Of a DNA stretch of 64,000 bases, positions 46,845-55,975 are shown in pieces. Where the stretch lies: positions 5,037-69,036 of the IMG/VR virus record IMGVR_UViG_3300048033_000725; one strand, written 5' to 3'. A program made the translations under genes and the position numbers. This stretch comes from a virus. Every line of letters begins with the position of its first letter. The stretch's first letter is position 1. The notes below the pieces were generated by a model. That model saw only the letters and a list, made by a program, of their open reading frames with translations. It did no database searches and was not told the origin of the DNA.

Positions 46845-47609
46845 TTATGGAGCCCCACCAGGAGTTACATCTTCAGTGAAACCAAAGTCGCCAGTCGTAA
46901 GTCCGTCTGGGTCATTATTTTGTAAGTCCGTTTTGGTACCTTCAAATTGACCATCGCCACTTGGAGTTTCACCAATTGCACTAACAATAGAACTTTGAAC
47001 AAGTTGACCATCACGAACTGCTCCGTAAATATTACTCTTTACAGTGAAGCCTAATGTCCATATCAATGAACGTCTTGATAAAAAGTCACCCTCATAAACG
47101 TCTTCTTGTGTCAAACTATTTAGAATGACTGGAATATCTCTTGTTATATCCAAATCAGGGAATTCTTTAATCGTCACATTGAAATGCGGTGTGAAGTACG
47201 GTAAAATCTGCTCAAGAATTTGCGTACCATCTTCTGCATTTTTTGTCATAATATACAAAGAAAAATCAAAAGTATATGGTACAGGAGCAAAGGTAAATTT
47301 TACGCTTTCGCCATCTTTTTGATTTGTAATTCTCTGACTTGAATTAATCTTTCTTTCTGCATCATATGTCATGGTGTCCATTTCAAACGCCATGCGTGGG
47401 AGAGTTATTGCAGTTTCTTGTTCAAAAGTATCTACATCAAGTCGTGCAAGAAACTTCTGCTTTGGACCATAAGAAACAGGAACTTTTCTTCTCTCAATTT
47501 CTGCACCAGCACTGTCAAATCGTCTAACGTATATATCGTTAAATAGATTACCAAAAACGATAACCATCTTTCTGATAGAAGCGTGGTAGAATGTATGTCC
47601 TAATGCCAT
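46845..47609 (-). CDS. 15: Tail terminator/sheath stabilizer (gp15)
   Basis: FGNLFNDI, VPVSYGPKQKF, LPRMAFE, EQILPYF. Confidence 0.93.
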   Translation of the reverse strand: MALGHTFYHASIRKMVIVFGNLFNDIYVRRFDSAGAEIERRKVPVSYGPKQKFLARLDVDTFEQETAITLPRMAFEMDTMTYDAERKINSSQRITNQKDGESVKFTFAPVPYTFDFSLYIMTKNAEDGTQILEQILPYFTPHFNVTIKEFPDLDITRDIPVILNSLTQEDVYEGDFLSRRSLIWTLGFTVKSNIYGAVRDGQLVQSSIVSAIGETPSGDGQFEGTKTDLQNNDPDGLTTGDFGFTEDVTPGGAP

Positions 47610-47612
47610 AAT

Positions 47613-48476
47613 TTAGTATTCCTCACTGAATGGGTTGTCTTCGGTAAAGTCAATGATACTGTCTGCACTTGCTTTGAAAGCATCATTATCTGCTTCATCT
47701 GCGGCAGGCATAACCATAGTCTCTTTGACGCCAAGAACATAAGATGCACCTGAAGTGTCGCCGTTCACTGTGCCACCAGTGTTGAAGTTACCATTAATTG
47801 TTTTGATTGTAAGAATTTTGTCTGTTGGATTCCAATCAGATACTATCGCCTTTGCAGTAAAGTCTGCCAGAGTAGCACCTTGATACACTTCTTCACTTAT
47901 CGTAAAGTCACCAGTACCATCACCCAATGTTAATTGAATTGTGTATTGAAGTTCTGTTACTTCATTATCTATTTCTTCAACACCAGTATTAATAGTTTCA
48001 CCATTGTATTCAAACAATTCTGTAGATAGTCTGTAGATGTAAGTTTTACCGATTTGATAATATACTTCTTCATCTTCAACAAATTTAATTTCTAGTAGAT
48101 TATCTGTTAGTGGAAAGTATAAAAGGTCGCCTTCTCTTGGTTTTGTGAATGACATACCTGCGGTTGTTGCGTCTTCTGCAAACCGTGTAACTGCTACAAT
48201 AAAGTTCTGTGTATCTCTAATCTCTACACCGAACTTAGACAGAAGGTCTCCGTCACCAGCAAACCCATCAACACCTTGCACATACATTTCAATAGTAAAC
48301 TCCTCTTCAAAAGAAGAGTTTCGTACTTCATTGAAAATGTCATCAACGTGTGTATACTGCCGAGGAATATACCTAATGTCAGCACCGTAAATTTGAATTG
48401 CTTCAACTACGAGGTCATTAGTTAGTGACTGTTCTTCAATGTTTGTGTAGAAGTTGAAATACTGGTTAGTTGCCAT
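47613..48476 (-). CDS. 14: Neck protein (gp14)
   Basis: EAIQIYG, LLSKFG, PREGDLLYFP, DFTEDNPF. Confidence 0.93.
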   Translation of the reverse strand: MATNQYFNFYTNIEEQSLTNDLVVEAIQIYGADIRYIPRQYTHVDDIFNEVRNSSFEEEFTIEMYVQGVDGFAGDGDLLSKFGVEIRDTQNFIVAVTRFAEDATTAGMSFTKPREGDLLYFPLTDNLLEIKFVEDEEVYYQIGKTYIYRLSTELFEYNGETINTGVEEIDNEVTELQYTIQLTLGDGTGDFTISEEVYQGATLADFTAKAIVSDWNPTDKILTIKTINGNFNTGGTVNGDTSGASYVLGVKETMVMPAADEADNDAFKASADSIIDFTEDNPFSEEY

Positions 48477-48482
48477 GTCATG

Positions 48483-49226
48483 TTATCCCGTGTAAAAATC
48501 AACGGGCAACTCATGCATCAAACTCATCTGTTCTTCAAGTTCAGCAATTTCTTGCTTTGCTTCGTCCAGAATAGCACGACCATTCATTGTGACACCACCA
48601 GGCAAAGAAATGCCTTCATACTTAGAAACATTCATACCCCATTGCTCTTTGATTAGTGCAGTTGTATATTCTCTAAGGAATCTGTCACCCCAAACTTGTG
48701 AGTGTAGAGTAGGGTCAATAATTTTATAGCATTCTATGATGATGTAATCATCAACAGCAAGATTATCCGACCAATTCATGTCAATATGAACACGGTCAGT
48801 ATGTCTTTCGTAACGAATTGGGTTGACACCGTTGAACAAATCATCTAACATAGTTAAATGTGAGCGCATTGTTACATACTCTGAAGATGATACTGAAGTA
48901 AAATCGAAAACATCATTTAAGTGCATTTGATATCGAACATCAAACATACTTGAAGAAGAAGATGCATTGTCAATACTCAAGACACGCAAAACACTTGTCA
49001 CAGTATCGTCTACTGTAATGTATTCGTTGTCAATATCGTCTTGTGTGATTTGATGTTTTACATATGTGCGAGTGATAGCATCAGAGTGATAGTCCTGAAA
49101 ATATTCAAGAGCATCATCTACTCTATCCTCAACTTGAGCATCAGATACGTTAATTTGAATAACGCCCTTACCTAATTTTCTTAGGCAATATTCTTTAAAA
49201 TCTGCTCTGCTGGTTGGTGTTGCCAT
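48483..49226 (-). CDS. 13: Neck protein (gp13)
   Basis: YCLRKLG, INVSDAQ, LIKEQWG, LPGGVTMNG. Confidence 0.93.
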   Translation of the reverse strand: MATPTSRADFKEYCLRKLGKGVIQINVSDAQVEDRVDDALEYFQDYHSDAITRTYVKHQITQDDIDNEYITVDDTVTSVLRVLSIDNASSSSSMFDVRYQMHLNDVFDFTSVSSSEYVTMRSHLTMLDDLFNGVNPIRYERHTDRVHIDMNWSDNLAVDDYIIIECYKIIDPTLHSQVWGDRFLREYTTALIKEQWGMNVSKYEGISLPGGVTMNGRAILDEAKQEIAELEEQMSLMHELPVDFYTG

Positions 49227-49262
49227 AGTCCTTATACCCTTTGAAATGCTGTTCTATAATAC

Positions 49263-49270
49263 TATTTAGT
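49263..49270 (-). promoter_or_regulatory. Late promoter variant ACTAAATA
   Basis: Upstream of gp13. Confidence 0.6.
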
Positions 49271-49296
49271 TCACAAAGAACTACCAGCGACAAGTA

Positions 49297-49320
49297 AGTG
49301 TGGGGGTTGCCCCCCACACT
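49297..49320. terminator. GC-rich hairpin, probable terminator
   Basis: AGTGTGGGGG-TTGC-CCCCCACACT, a perfect 10-bp stem after the 49333 stop. Confidence 0.65.
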
Positions 49321-49332
49321 CTTTTGCTTTTC

Positions 49333-52300
49333 TTAGGCTTGACTTTCTGACCAGGATAGTTTACCAGTTACGAAGAATGGGTTACTACCTGAAATGTCGG
49401 ATGTTGACTGTGGCTGAACTGCAAGAGTTAGCAAGTCAGGTCCGTTCGGGAAGATACCATCACCACCTAGAATTGAGTTACCAAGTTCAAGTAGTTCTTC
49501 AAGTGCAATGTCAAGTGAACCAGCAGAACCTTTTACAGAGTAAATGGTCGTACCGCCATCTAGGGTATCACCGTGGTCGTGGTCAATAATCTGTGACAAC
49601 GATGGTGATTCCGCACCTTGGAAATCTGCTTTCGATGGAATCGCATTAAGGATTAGGAAAATCTCAACGTCTTTCGAAGTTGTGATACCTGCTTGACGCA
49701 ATCTCAACTGCATTCTGTTAATGATTTCACGCTCACCAACTGCACCAGTCAAAGCAGAATCCACTGAAGGTGAAAGTCTGAGAGACACAAGCGGAATTGG
49801 TTGGTCAAGTTCAATTGGTGTAACTTCACCGTTAAGCAGTGTCGAAGCACTCGCAATGTTTGCAGTACCTGGTTCTGTGTTTGTCGCAGGGTAAGATGTA
49901 AACACTTTAGAAGTTGCACCGTCAAGTTTAACTTGTGTTACATATGTACCTTCAGGCAAGATTGTCGAACCACTAACTGTAATCTGAGAACCTACAACTG
50001 TTGCAGTAGCGTTTGCTTCTGTACATGGAATTCCATATACGAATACTCGGCTACCATTCAGTGTAATAACATCGAATGTTGATTCCGCATTTGAAGCAAA
50101 ACTTCTGCTTGCGCCGTTGGTAAATGCGAACGGTTTAGAGTTACGAGAGAACAAGTACGCTTTATCGTCATCAAATCTACCATCCATGATGATTGAAGTA
50201 CCGAAGTGGAACAGTGTAGGCGCAGTAGTTGCGGCTGGACCGTTTTCAATCTCATAGCGCCCTGGAAGGTTACCAGAACGGAAGTAGGATTCGCCAAGTC
50301 TGTTGTTGTGAACAAACTCATGCATGTAGCGGATATGTCCTTCACGGTCTTTGAAACCGAAGCGAACTTTACCAGCACCGTACCAAGAGTAGTCAGCATA
50401 ACACATATGCAACTTGGTTGTATCAAGTTTAAATCCTGATGGACCTTGACCATTAGCAGTATCAATATTCCAGTCTCTTTGCGGTACTCTACGGTCAATT
50501 GTCTTAGTGACTTTAATGCCCTTAGAAGTAATACCACGATATGCAGGCTGTACAACCATTCTCAAGTCAGAAGATACTTCAACAATCTTGTAAGACTGTC
50601 CGCGGATAACTACTTTATCACCCTTGGTAACTTGAGTTGTGAATGATGTATCATTACCTTGAATTACCTGAGAGTTTCTTGTTGCTGTAACAGAACCCGC
50701 CAACTGCAATGTAGATGAACGTACAACACATGCTAGTTCAGAACCATCGTACTCAAAGAAGAATCCGTTTTGGTCATCAAACATACCTGCACGAACATAA
50801 CTATCTTGCCAGCCATTTCTCACATATGTTGGGAATCCAGATGCTTTTGCTTCATCAGGAACCTCAGACATTTGGTATGAGAATGAGAATGGAGACGGAG
50901 TTTCACTCACCGCAAATGTACCATTGTATGGGTTATTTGACAGTGGTCCAGTTTCAGCACCTGCAATAGTAACAAGGTCACCAACTTTTAGGTTATGTTG
51001 TTCTTGCGTATTAACTGTTGCCGTATCTGTCTCAGACTTAATCAAAGACCTCAAAACACGAGGTGGGTTGAAGTTGATTGCCAGAGAGTTCTGAATGCCT
51101 TTACCAGACTGGTATCTGAAGTATTTACGAGATTGACGAACAATCTTACTATCAGGAGAAGTACCTGCCGTAATATCGACACCACCATCAAATGATTTAT
51201 GCAGTGAGTATCCATCAGGACGAAGCATAATCTGAGTAGTGAAGTAGTATGGTGATGCAACTGCAACTGTTTCTTCTGGTGCATCAAATACACGAAGTTT
51301 TTCGTCTGTTTGAATGTCACGAACAGTTAGTGCATAAACATAGTCATTACCTTTTACATAAATTTGGTCAAAACGCTTGAATGTAGTCAAGAATGATGTA
51401 CCAGAACCTGTAATTTCAATGCTACCGGCTTCAAATGTAATCAGACCGGCACCAGTAATCGACTTAATCAAAGACCGTGCTTTGAGTGAGTGTGTACCAG
51501 TTTGTGCTGATAGACCTGTTTCGATATTATTAACAGCAGAATCCGCAGATACAGCAAGTTTGATTGTATTCGTTCCTGTGCTAATCACGTTAAAGACATT
51601 ATCTGTCTCATCAGTTAGCATAGAAGTTCCATCTGGTGTGTATGTAACAACTTCACCAGTAATCAAGTTATGCTCAAATCCTAGGTCAATTTCGCCAGTA
51701 AGTACATCAATGTCTGTGCTGTCGAATGTATATTCACGGGACGGGATTTTAAAGTCTGTTGCAAGAATAAACTCATTTGGATTTGGAGTTTCTTCAATGA
51801 TTGCAAATACGCCATCATAAGCACCTCTAAGTGAATCCACAACAAATTCTTGTTCACCCACAACACCAGTGCTGTCAAGTATAACTGAACCAGTAGCACC
51901 TGTGACAATAAAGCGGATTTCCCACCAATTGGTCATACTACCAACTCTGCGGTTGATACGAGATGTTGGGTCAAACTCTACGTTCACGCCAAGGCTACCA
52001 CCACTATCAACAAGAAGTGCTGATACATCTTTTGTAGTCCAGTTCTGGTCATTTCTGAATGTAGTTGTATCGGCACCACCATTACGACCGATGAAATATT
52101 CAGTACCATCGCCAGTAAATGTAATCTTAACATATTCACGGGTTTCGTTGAAGTCACCACGATACTGAACATCAATAATAGATGCTCCAGTTGGGGTAAT
52201 TCCCAATGGTGTTTCAAAGTTGATAAACTCTGTAATTGTTGAGTTATTTGCTCGACCGACTGTTGCAGTTGTAGCAGATGCGGTTGTATCAACAACTTGA

Positions 52301-55300
52301 GAAAGTGATAGACGGGAATCGTTTACACGGTTCAAGTTATATGCAGTGTTGTTTACTGCACCACCAATTGCGTTTGATACAATATGACTTTCGAAATAGA
52401 TGAAGTTAGCATCTGCACCGCCAGTATACTTAGTGGAATCTGGAGCATTTACTGAGATAGCAATGTCATCATCTGTAGTAGCACTTGCAGTCCAAGTAAT
52501 TGTACGAATATCTGGGTCAGTAGCATCGTCAATTACCATGCTATATTCTGTAGTTGCTTCTGTCCAAGCACCACCAGAACCGTACCAGATAGTAGGTCTG
52601 TCGCCTGTAGCAACACTAGTCAATCCACTAATCGCAACTGAATATGCTTGACCCTCGTACATACGCACTGTTGGGTTGACTTCATTCTCACCGATATTGC
52701 GACCATTAGCAGTATATGTGCCGTCAGATTCCAGAACAACTTCATACGCAACTGTAGCAGGTTCGTTGTTACCAGAAGACAAGTATGTTGCTTCAGACTG
52801 AGAGATAATTTTGTGGTTGTTCACATAAATTGTATTATACAGGTCGTTTTCTGTATTATACTGAACACTGAAATTATCTGGGAATGCTGTGATATCATCA
52901 GTATTTGGAGCAACATTCAGAGTAATTCTGAATGTGTCTGGTGAAACAACAGCAAGTGTTGCGGCGAAGGAATCGGCTTCAATAGTCTGTTCAACACCTG
53001 CACTGTCAGCAAATTTAAATCTCTGACCAGCGGCATAATCTGTAGCATCAACTGTAATAGTTGCGTCTTGACCACCAGTAATTCCATGACCTACTTGATA
53101 TACAGTATTTCTATCTGCATTAAGGTCTGCAACAAACATGTAGTATACGTCAGAATTATTTTCAGCAATACCTGTACGTGTGGAGTTACTTGTGAAGTAT
53201 GAAAACTCATCAGACGCAGTACCCATGTCGAAGTTGTGTCTGAATGTACCATCACCCATTACACTGTAACCGTTTACAGTTCCAGTTTGAGTTCTTAGTA
53301 CATTACTTCTGACTGGTTTAATTACACCAAAACGAGAGTTTCTCATATCGGTACGGCTTGAGAAAGTATCTTTAGTCAAGTCACCAGCGCCACCCGAGGC
53401 TCCGTCAGATTTACCTTGGAAACACAAAACTCTTGAAGGATTAACGCCACCACGACCGAAGCCACCTGGATATAGCGCCAAGTCAGCACCAGAATTTTCA
53501 TATTGTGCGGCTTTGAACAATGCTCTCTGTGCTTCGGTAAGTTCTAGTCTAAAGTAGAATGAACCGTAGCCACTGGAAATGTAAGTGCTGGATTCGTTCA
53601 GGTCATATCGAATTTGACCGGTACTACCGTAAGTGGACGAATTCTGTAGAAGAGCATCTGTAACATCTCGGCGACCGAAAAGTTCAGTATTAGATTCCGA
53701 ATCAACACCATCGCCTTCGGGGTCAGTCGGTCCAGTACCAAATGTGATAGACGCATTACCAGATGGGTCATATATTGTTACAGTGTTGAGTTCGTTGGAT
53801 GCCTCAAGGTCTCCACCTGCTTCACCCATGTAATCCAACCAAACTTTTGCACCGCCAGCAATTAGGTCTTCAAGATAACCAGTCCAGCCACCAAATGCTT
53901 CTGACACATTCAGCCTTTGTTGGTTTTCGCCATTCATGTTGCCACGAAGATGGACTGAAGTAACTTTATATTGGTTTGCAGTTACAGGAGATGCTGGACC
54001 ACCGACACCCTCATCAGCGGTAGAGTAAGTAGTATTGTAGTAACTTGCGTCATTATATGGGGCATTATATTCAGTATAGATTTGGTCATTTCGTGACCAT
54101 GCTTTCCAAGCCTTATATACAAGACCAAGACGTGGAGAACCTTTATCTCCAGTAATTGCAGAAAGAGTTAGTTCACTACCAAGAGCGGCATTCGTATGAA
54201 GTTTGATTGTGTTGGCATCCACAACTTCTGCAAAGTAAACAGTACCATCATTCATTCCACCGTCTGAAGCACCTTTAAATGGTGAGTTGAACAGCAAAGC
54301 AGATTTGTTCGGAATGTCATGTGAAGGCCATGAAATAGTATTTGTGTCTGTATCGACCGAAGAAGTCTGTAAGTAAAGTGAATGTGTTGATTGGTGGTCC
54401 CATGTTACAACAGCATTCTGTCTTACGTTACCACGACCCGTATCTGACCCCGCAACAATATCAAAGTTCGTGATAAAGTTTGCGTCAGTATCAAGGTATG
54501 GACGACCATCAGGTGCAGTTGCTTGTGGGTCATTAATAATCAAAGACTTAGGTCCAATTGTGTTACGAAGATATACTTTCGTACCAATTGCAAAACCGTG
54601 TGTCTCAGAAGTTACAACGTCAATCTTAGACGGAGAACCGCCATCTGTCTGTGCGCCATCAATGACGGAAACTGGGAGAGGACTTCCTTCAAAGAATTTA
54701 GCAGGCACGATTGTAGTATAACCACCAGAAATGTCTCCAGTAGAAGATGCAGGAACATCCAATTCGAAGAAGAATGTGTTCTGACCATCAACACCCGAGA
54801 TAGTAAAGAAACCCTCTGCTTGATAGTCATCAAGACCTTGAACAGAAACTGGGTTGCCAAGTTCAAGTGAGTGAGGAATTGAAGTTGTAACTTTAACCTG
54901 CTTAGAACCAGCAACTGCGTCAACAGCAATAATACCATCAATTGGTTTATCACCAGAAGAAGAGTATACTGTTGGAATGTTGTTTACTGATTGAAGTGTT
55001 TCCCACTTAGTTGACTGTAGACCATATTCAAAGTCAGTATCAATCAAGTTACCTGGGTTAGATACACGAATTTTACCAACAGCATCAAGCAAATCTTCAG
55101 CAACAGTCATAACTTCGGAATCTTTGTTTACAAAGACCTGAATAGTATCACCACCGTTAATATCGTCATCGCTTGCGGTATCATAATCGAGGTTGATTGT
55201 TGTCATTTCAGTTAATTCACTGAATGACCAAGAACCCTTATAGTTTTGTGAATTGAATTGGTATAGTGTTTTCGCCGCAGTTACATCAGTAATGAGAAGA

Positions 55301-55392
55301 ACTTTCTCCTTACTGTGGTGCCCTTTGAACGACACTGTACCAGCATCTTTGTCAAACGTGACATATGCCGATGGAATTAAATGTCTTGCCAT
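49333..55392 (-). CDS. Large virion structural protein (2019 aa; tail/fibre-associated)
   Basis: Gly/Thr/Ser/Asp-rich beta repeats; IDTDFEYGLQSTKWE, RQSRKYFRYQSGKG, YSWYGAG; late promoter upstream. Confidence 0.75.
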   Translation of the reverse strand: MARHLIPSAYVTFDKDAGTVSFKGHHSKEKVLLITDVTAAKTLYQFNSQNYKGSWSFSELTEMTTINLDYDTASDDDINGGDTIQVFVNKDSEVMTVAEDLLDAVGKIRVSNPGNLIDTDFEYGLQSTKWETLQSVNNIPTVYSSSGDKPIDGIIAVDAVAGSKQVKVTTSIPHSLELGNPVSVQGLDDYQAEGFFTISGVDGQNTFFFELDVPASSTGDISGGYTTIVPAKFFEGSPLPVSVIDGAQTDGGSPSKIDVVTSETHGFAIGTKVYLRNTIGPKSLIINDPQATAPDGRPYLDTDANFITNFDIVAGSDTGRGNVRQNAVVTWDHQSTHSLYLQTSSVDTDTNTISWPSHDIPNKSALLFNSPFKGASDGGMNDGTVYFAEVVDANTIKLHTNAALGSELTLSAITGDKGSPRLGLVYKAWKAWSRNDQIYTEYNAPYNDASYYNTTYSTADEGVGGPASPVTANQYKVTSVHLRGNMNGENQQRLNVSEAFGGWTGYLEDLIAGGAKVWLDYMGEAGGDLEASNELNTVTIYDPSGNASITFGTGPTDPEGDGVDSESNTELFGRRDVTDALLQNSSTYGSTGQIRYDLNESSTYISSGYGSFYFRLELTEAQRALFKAAQYENSGADLALYPGGFGRGGVNPSRVLCFQGKSDGASGGAGDLTKDTFSSRTDMRNSRFGVIKPVRSNVLRTQTGTVNGYSVMGDGTFRHNFDMGTASDEFSYFTSNSTRTGIAENNSDVYYMFVADLNADRNTVYQVGHGITGGQDATITVDATDYAAGQRFKFADSAGVEQTIEADSFAATLAVVSPDTFRITLNVAPNTDDITAFPDNFSVQYNTENDLYNTIYVNNHKIISQSEATYLSSGNNEPATVAYEVVLESDGTYTANGRNIGENEVNPTVRMYEGQAYSVAISGLTSVATGDRPTIWYGSGGAWTEATTEYSMVIDDATDPDIRTITWTASATTDDDIAISVNAPDSTKYTGGADANFIYFESHIVSNAIGGAVNNTAYNLNRVNDSRLSLSQVVDTTASATTATVGRANNSTITEFINFETPLGITPTGASIIDVQYRGDFNETREYVKITFTGDGTEYFIGRNGGADTTTFRNDQNWTTKDVSALLVDSGGSLGVNVEFDPTSRINRRVGSMTNWWEIRFIVTGATGSVILDSTGVVGEQEFVVDSLRGAYDGVFAIIEETPNPNEFILATDFKIPSREYTFDSTDIDVLTGEIDLGFEHNLITGEVVTYTPDGTSMLTDETDNVFNVISTGTNTIKLAVSADSAVNNIETGLSAQTGTHSLKARSLIKSITGAGLITFEAGSIEITGSGTSFLTTFKRFDQIYVKGNDYVYALTVRDIQTDEKLRVFDAPEETVAVASPYYFTTQIMLRPDGYSLHKSFDGGVDITAGTSPDSKIVRQSRKYFRYQSGKGIQNSLAINFNPPRVLRSLIKSETDTATVNTQEQHNLKVGDLVTIAGAETGPLSNNPYNGTFAVSETPSPFSFSYQMSEVPDEAKASGFPTYVRNGWQDSYVRAGMFDDQNGFFFEYDGSELACVVRSSTLQLAGSVTATRNSQVIQGNDTSFTTQVTKGDKVVIRGQSYKIVEVSSDLRMVVQPAYRGITSKGIKVTKTIDRRVPQRDWNIDTANGQGPSGFKLDTTKLHMCYADYSWYGAGKVRFGFKDREGHIRYMHEFVHNNRLGESYFRSGNLPGRYEIENGPAATTAPTLFHFGTSIIMDGRFDDDKAYLFSRNSKPFAFTNGASRSFASNAESTFDVITLNGSRVFVYGIPCTEANATATVVGSQITVSGSTILPEGTYVTQVKLDGATSKVFTSYPATNTEPGTANIASASTLLNGEVTPIELDQPIPLVSLRLSPSVDSALTGAVGEREIINRMQLRLRQAGITTSKDVEIFLILNAIPSKADFQGAESPSLSQIIDHDHGDTLDGGTTIYSVKGSAGSLDIALEELLELGNSILGGDGIFPNGPDLLTLAVQPQSTSDISGSNPFFVTGKLSWSESQA

Positions 55393-55438
55393 TTCTTGTT
55401 TTCTCCCAAAATTTACATTAAGATTTGTTTATCAAATA

Positions 55439-55446
55439 TATTTATA
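55439..55446 (-). promoter_or_regulatory. T4-type late promoter TATAAATA
   Basis: Exact consensus. Confidence 0.8.
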
Positions 55447-55454
55447 CGACAAAA

Positions 55455-55697
55455 TTATCCGCCGAAGCCGATATGATATGCCGTAATATAGTCTCTAATA
55501 TCTTCATCCTGAATTCTCAATGTACCTCGAATGTTGATATCTGTTGCCAGTTTGCTTGATTGTACTGCCGCATCAGCAATACGCTGTGTTGTGATTGCTT
55601 GGTCAGCATCAAGGACGTTGACTACGTTAATTAAGTCGTTTGTTCTAGTTACCCACTGAGTAATAGAGTTTGAATTGTTTAATGTTGCGATTGCCAT
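55455..55697 (-). CDS. Small virion-associated hypothetical protein
   Basis: WVTRTN motif typical of fibre-attachment N-termini; late promoter upstream. Confidence 0.6.
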   Translation of the reverse strand: MAIATLNNSNSITQWVTRTNDLINVVNVLDADQAITTQRIADAAVQSSKLATDINIRGTLRIQDEDIRDYITAYHIGFGG

Positions 55698-55714
55698 TGG
55701 TTTCCCCTATGCTT

Positions 55715-55975
55715 TTATTTATTTATAAGTTGAGTGAGTAAAGATTTGATATCTTTTATGTCATCTTCCAAACTATTTAGTCTTTTCGTATTCGCTGCCT
55801 GTTCTTCACGAAGTCTTTTCTTTTCCAAGTATTCGTTGATTTCTTGGTCACTTAGGGACACTAATACAGCCTTTGAGTATGGGTCACGAACATAGTTGGG
55901 ATTATCCTGAACCCCCAAGAAAACATCGTCTTCTTGGGGTTTGATTTCAGTTGGCATCAAATTTTTATCTGGCAT
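55715..55975 (-). CDS. Small hypothetical structural protein
   Basis: VRDPYSKAV...LEDDIKDIKSLL coiled coil; follows the VrlC-like gene. Confidence 0.65.
   Translation of the reverse strand: MPDKNLMPTEIKPQEDDVFLGVQDNPNYVRDPYSKAVLVSLSDQEINEYLEKKRLREEQAANTKRLNSLEDDIKDIKSLLTQLINK
55720..55727 (-). promoter_or_regulatory. T4-type late promoter TATAAATA
   Basis: Exact consensus within the 3' end of the upstream gene. Confidence 0.65.
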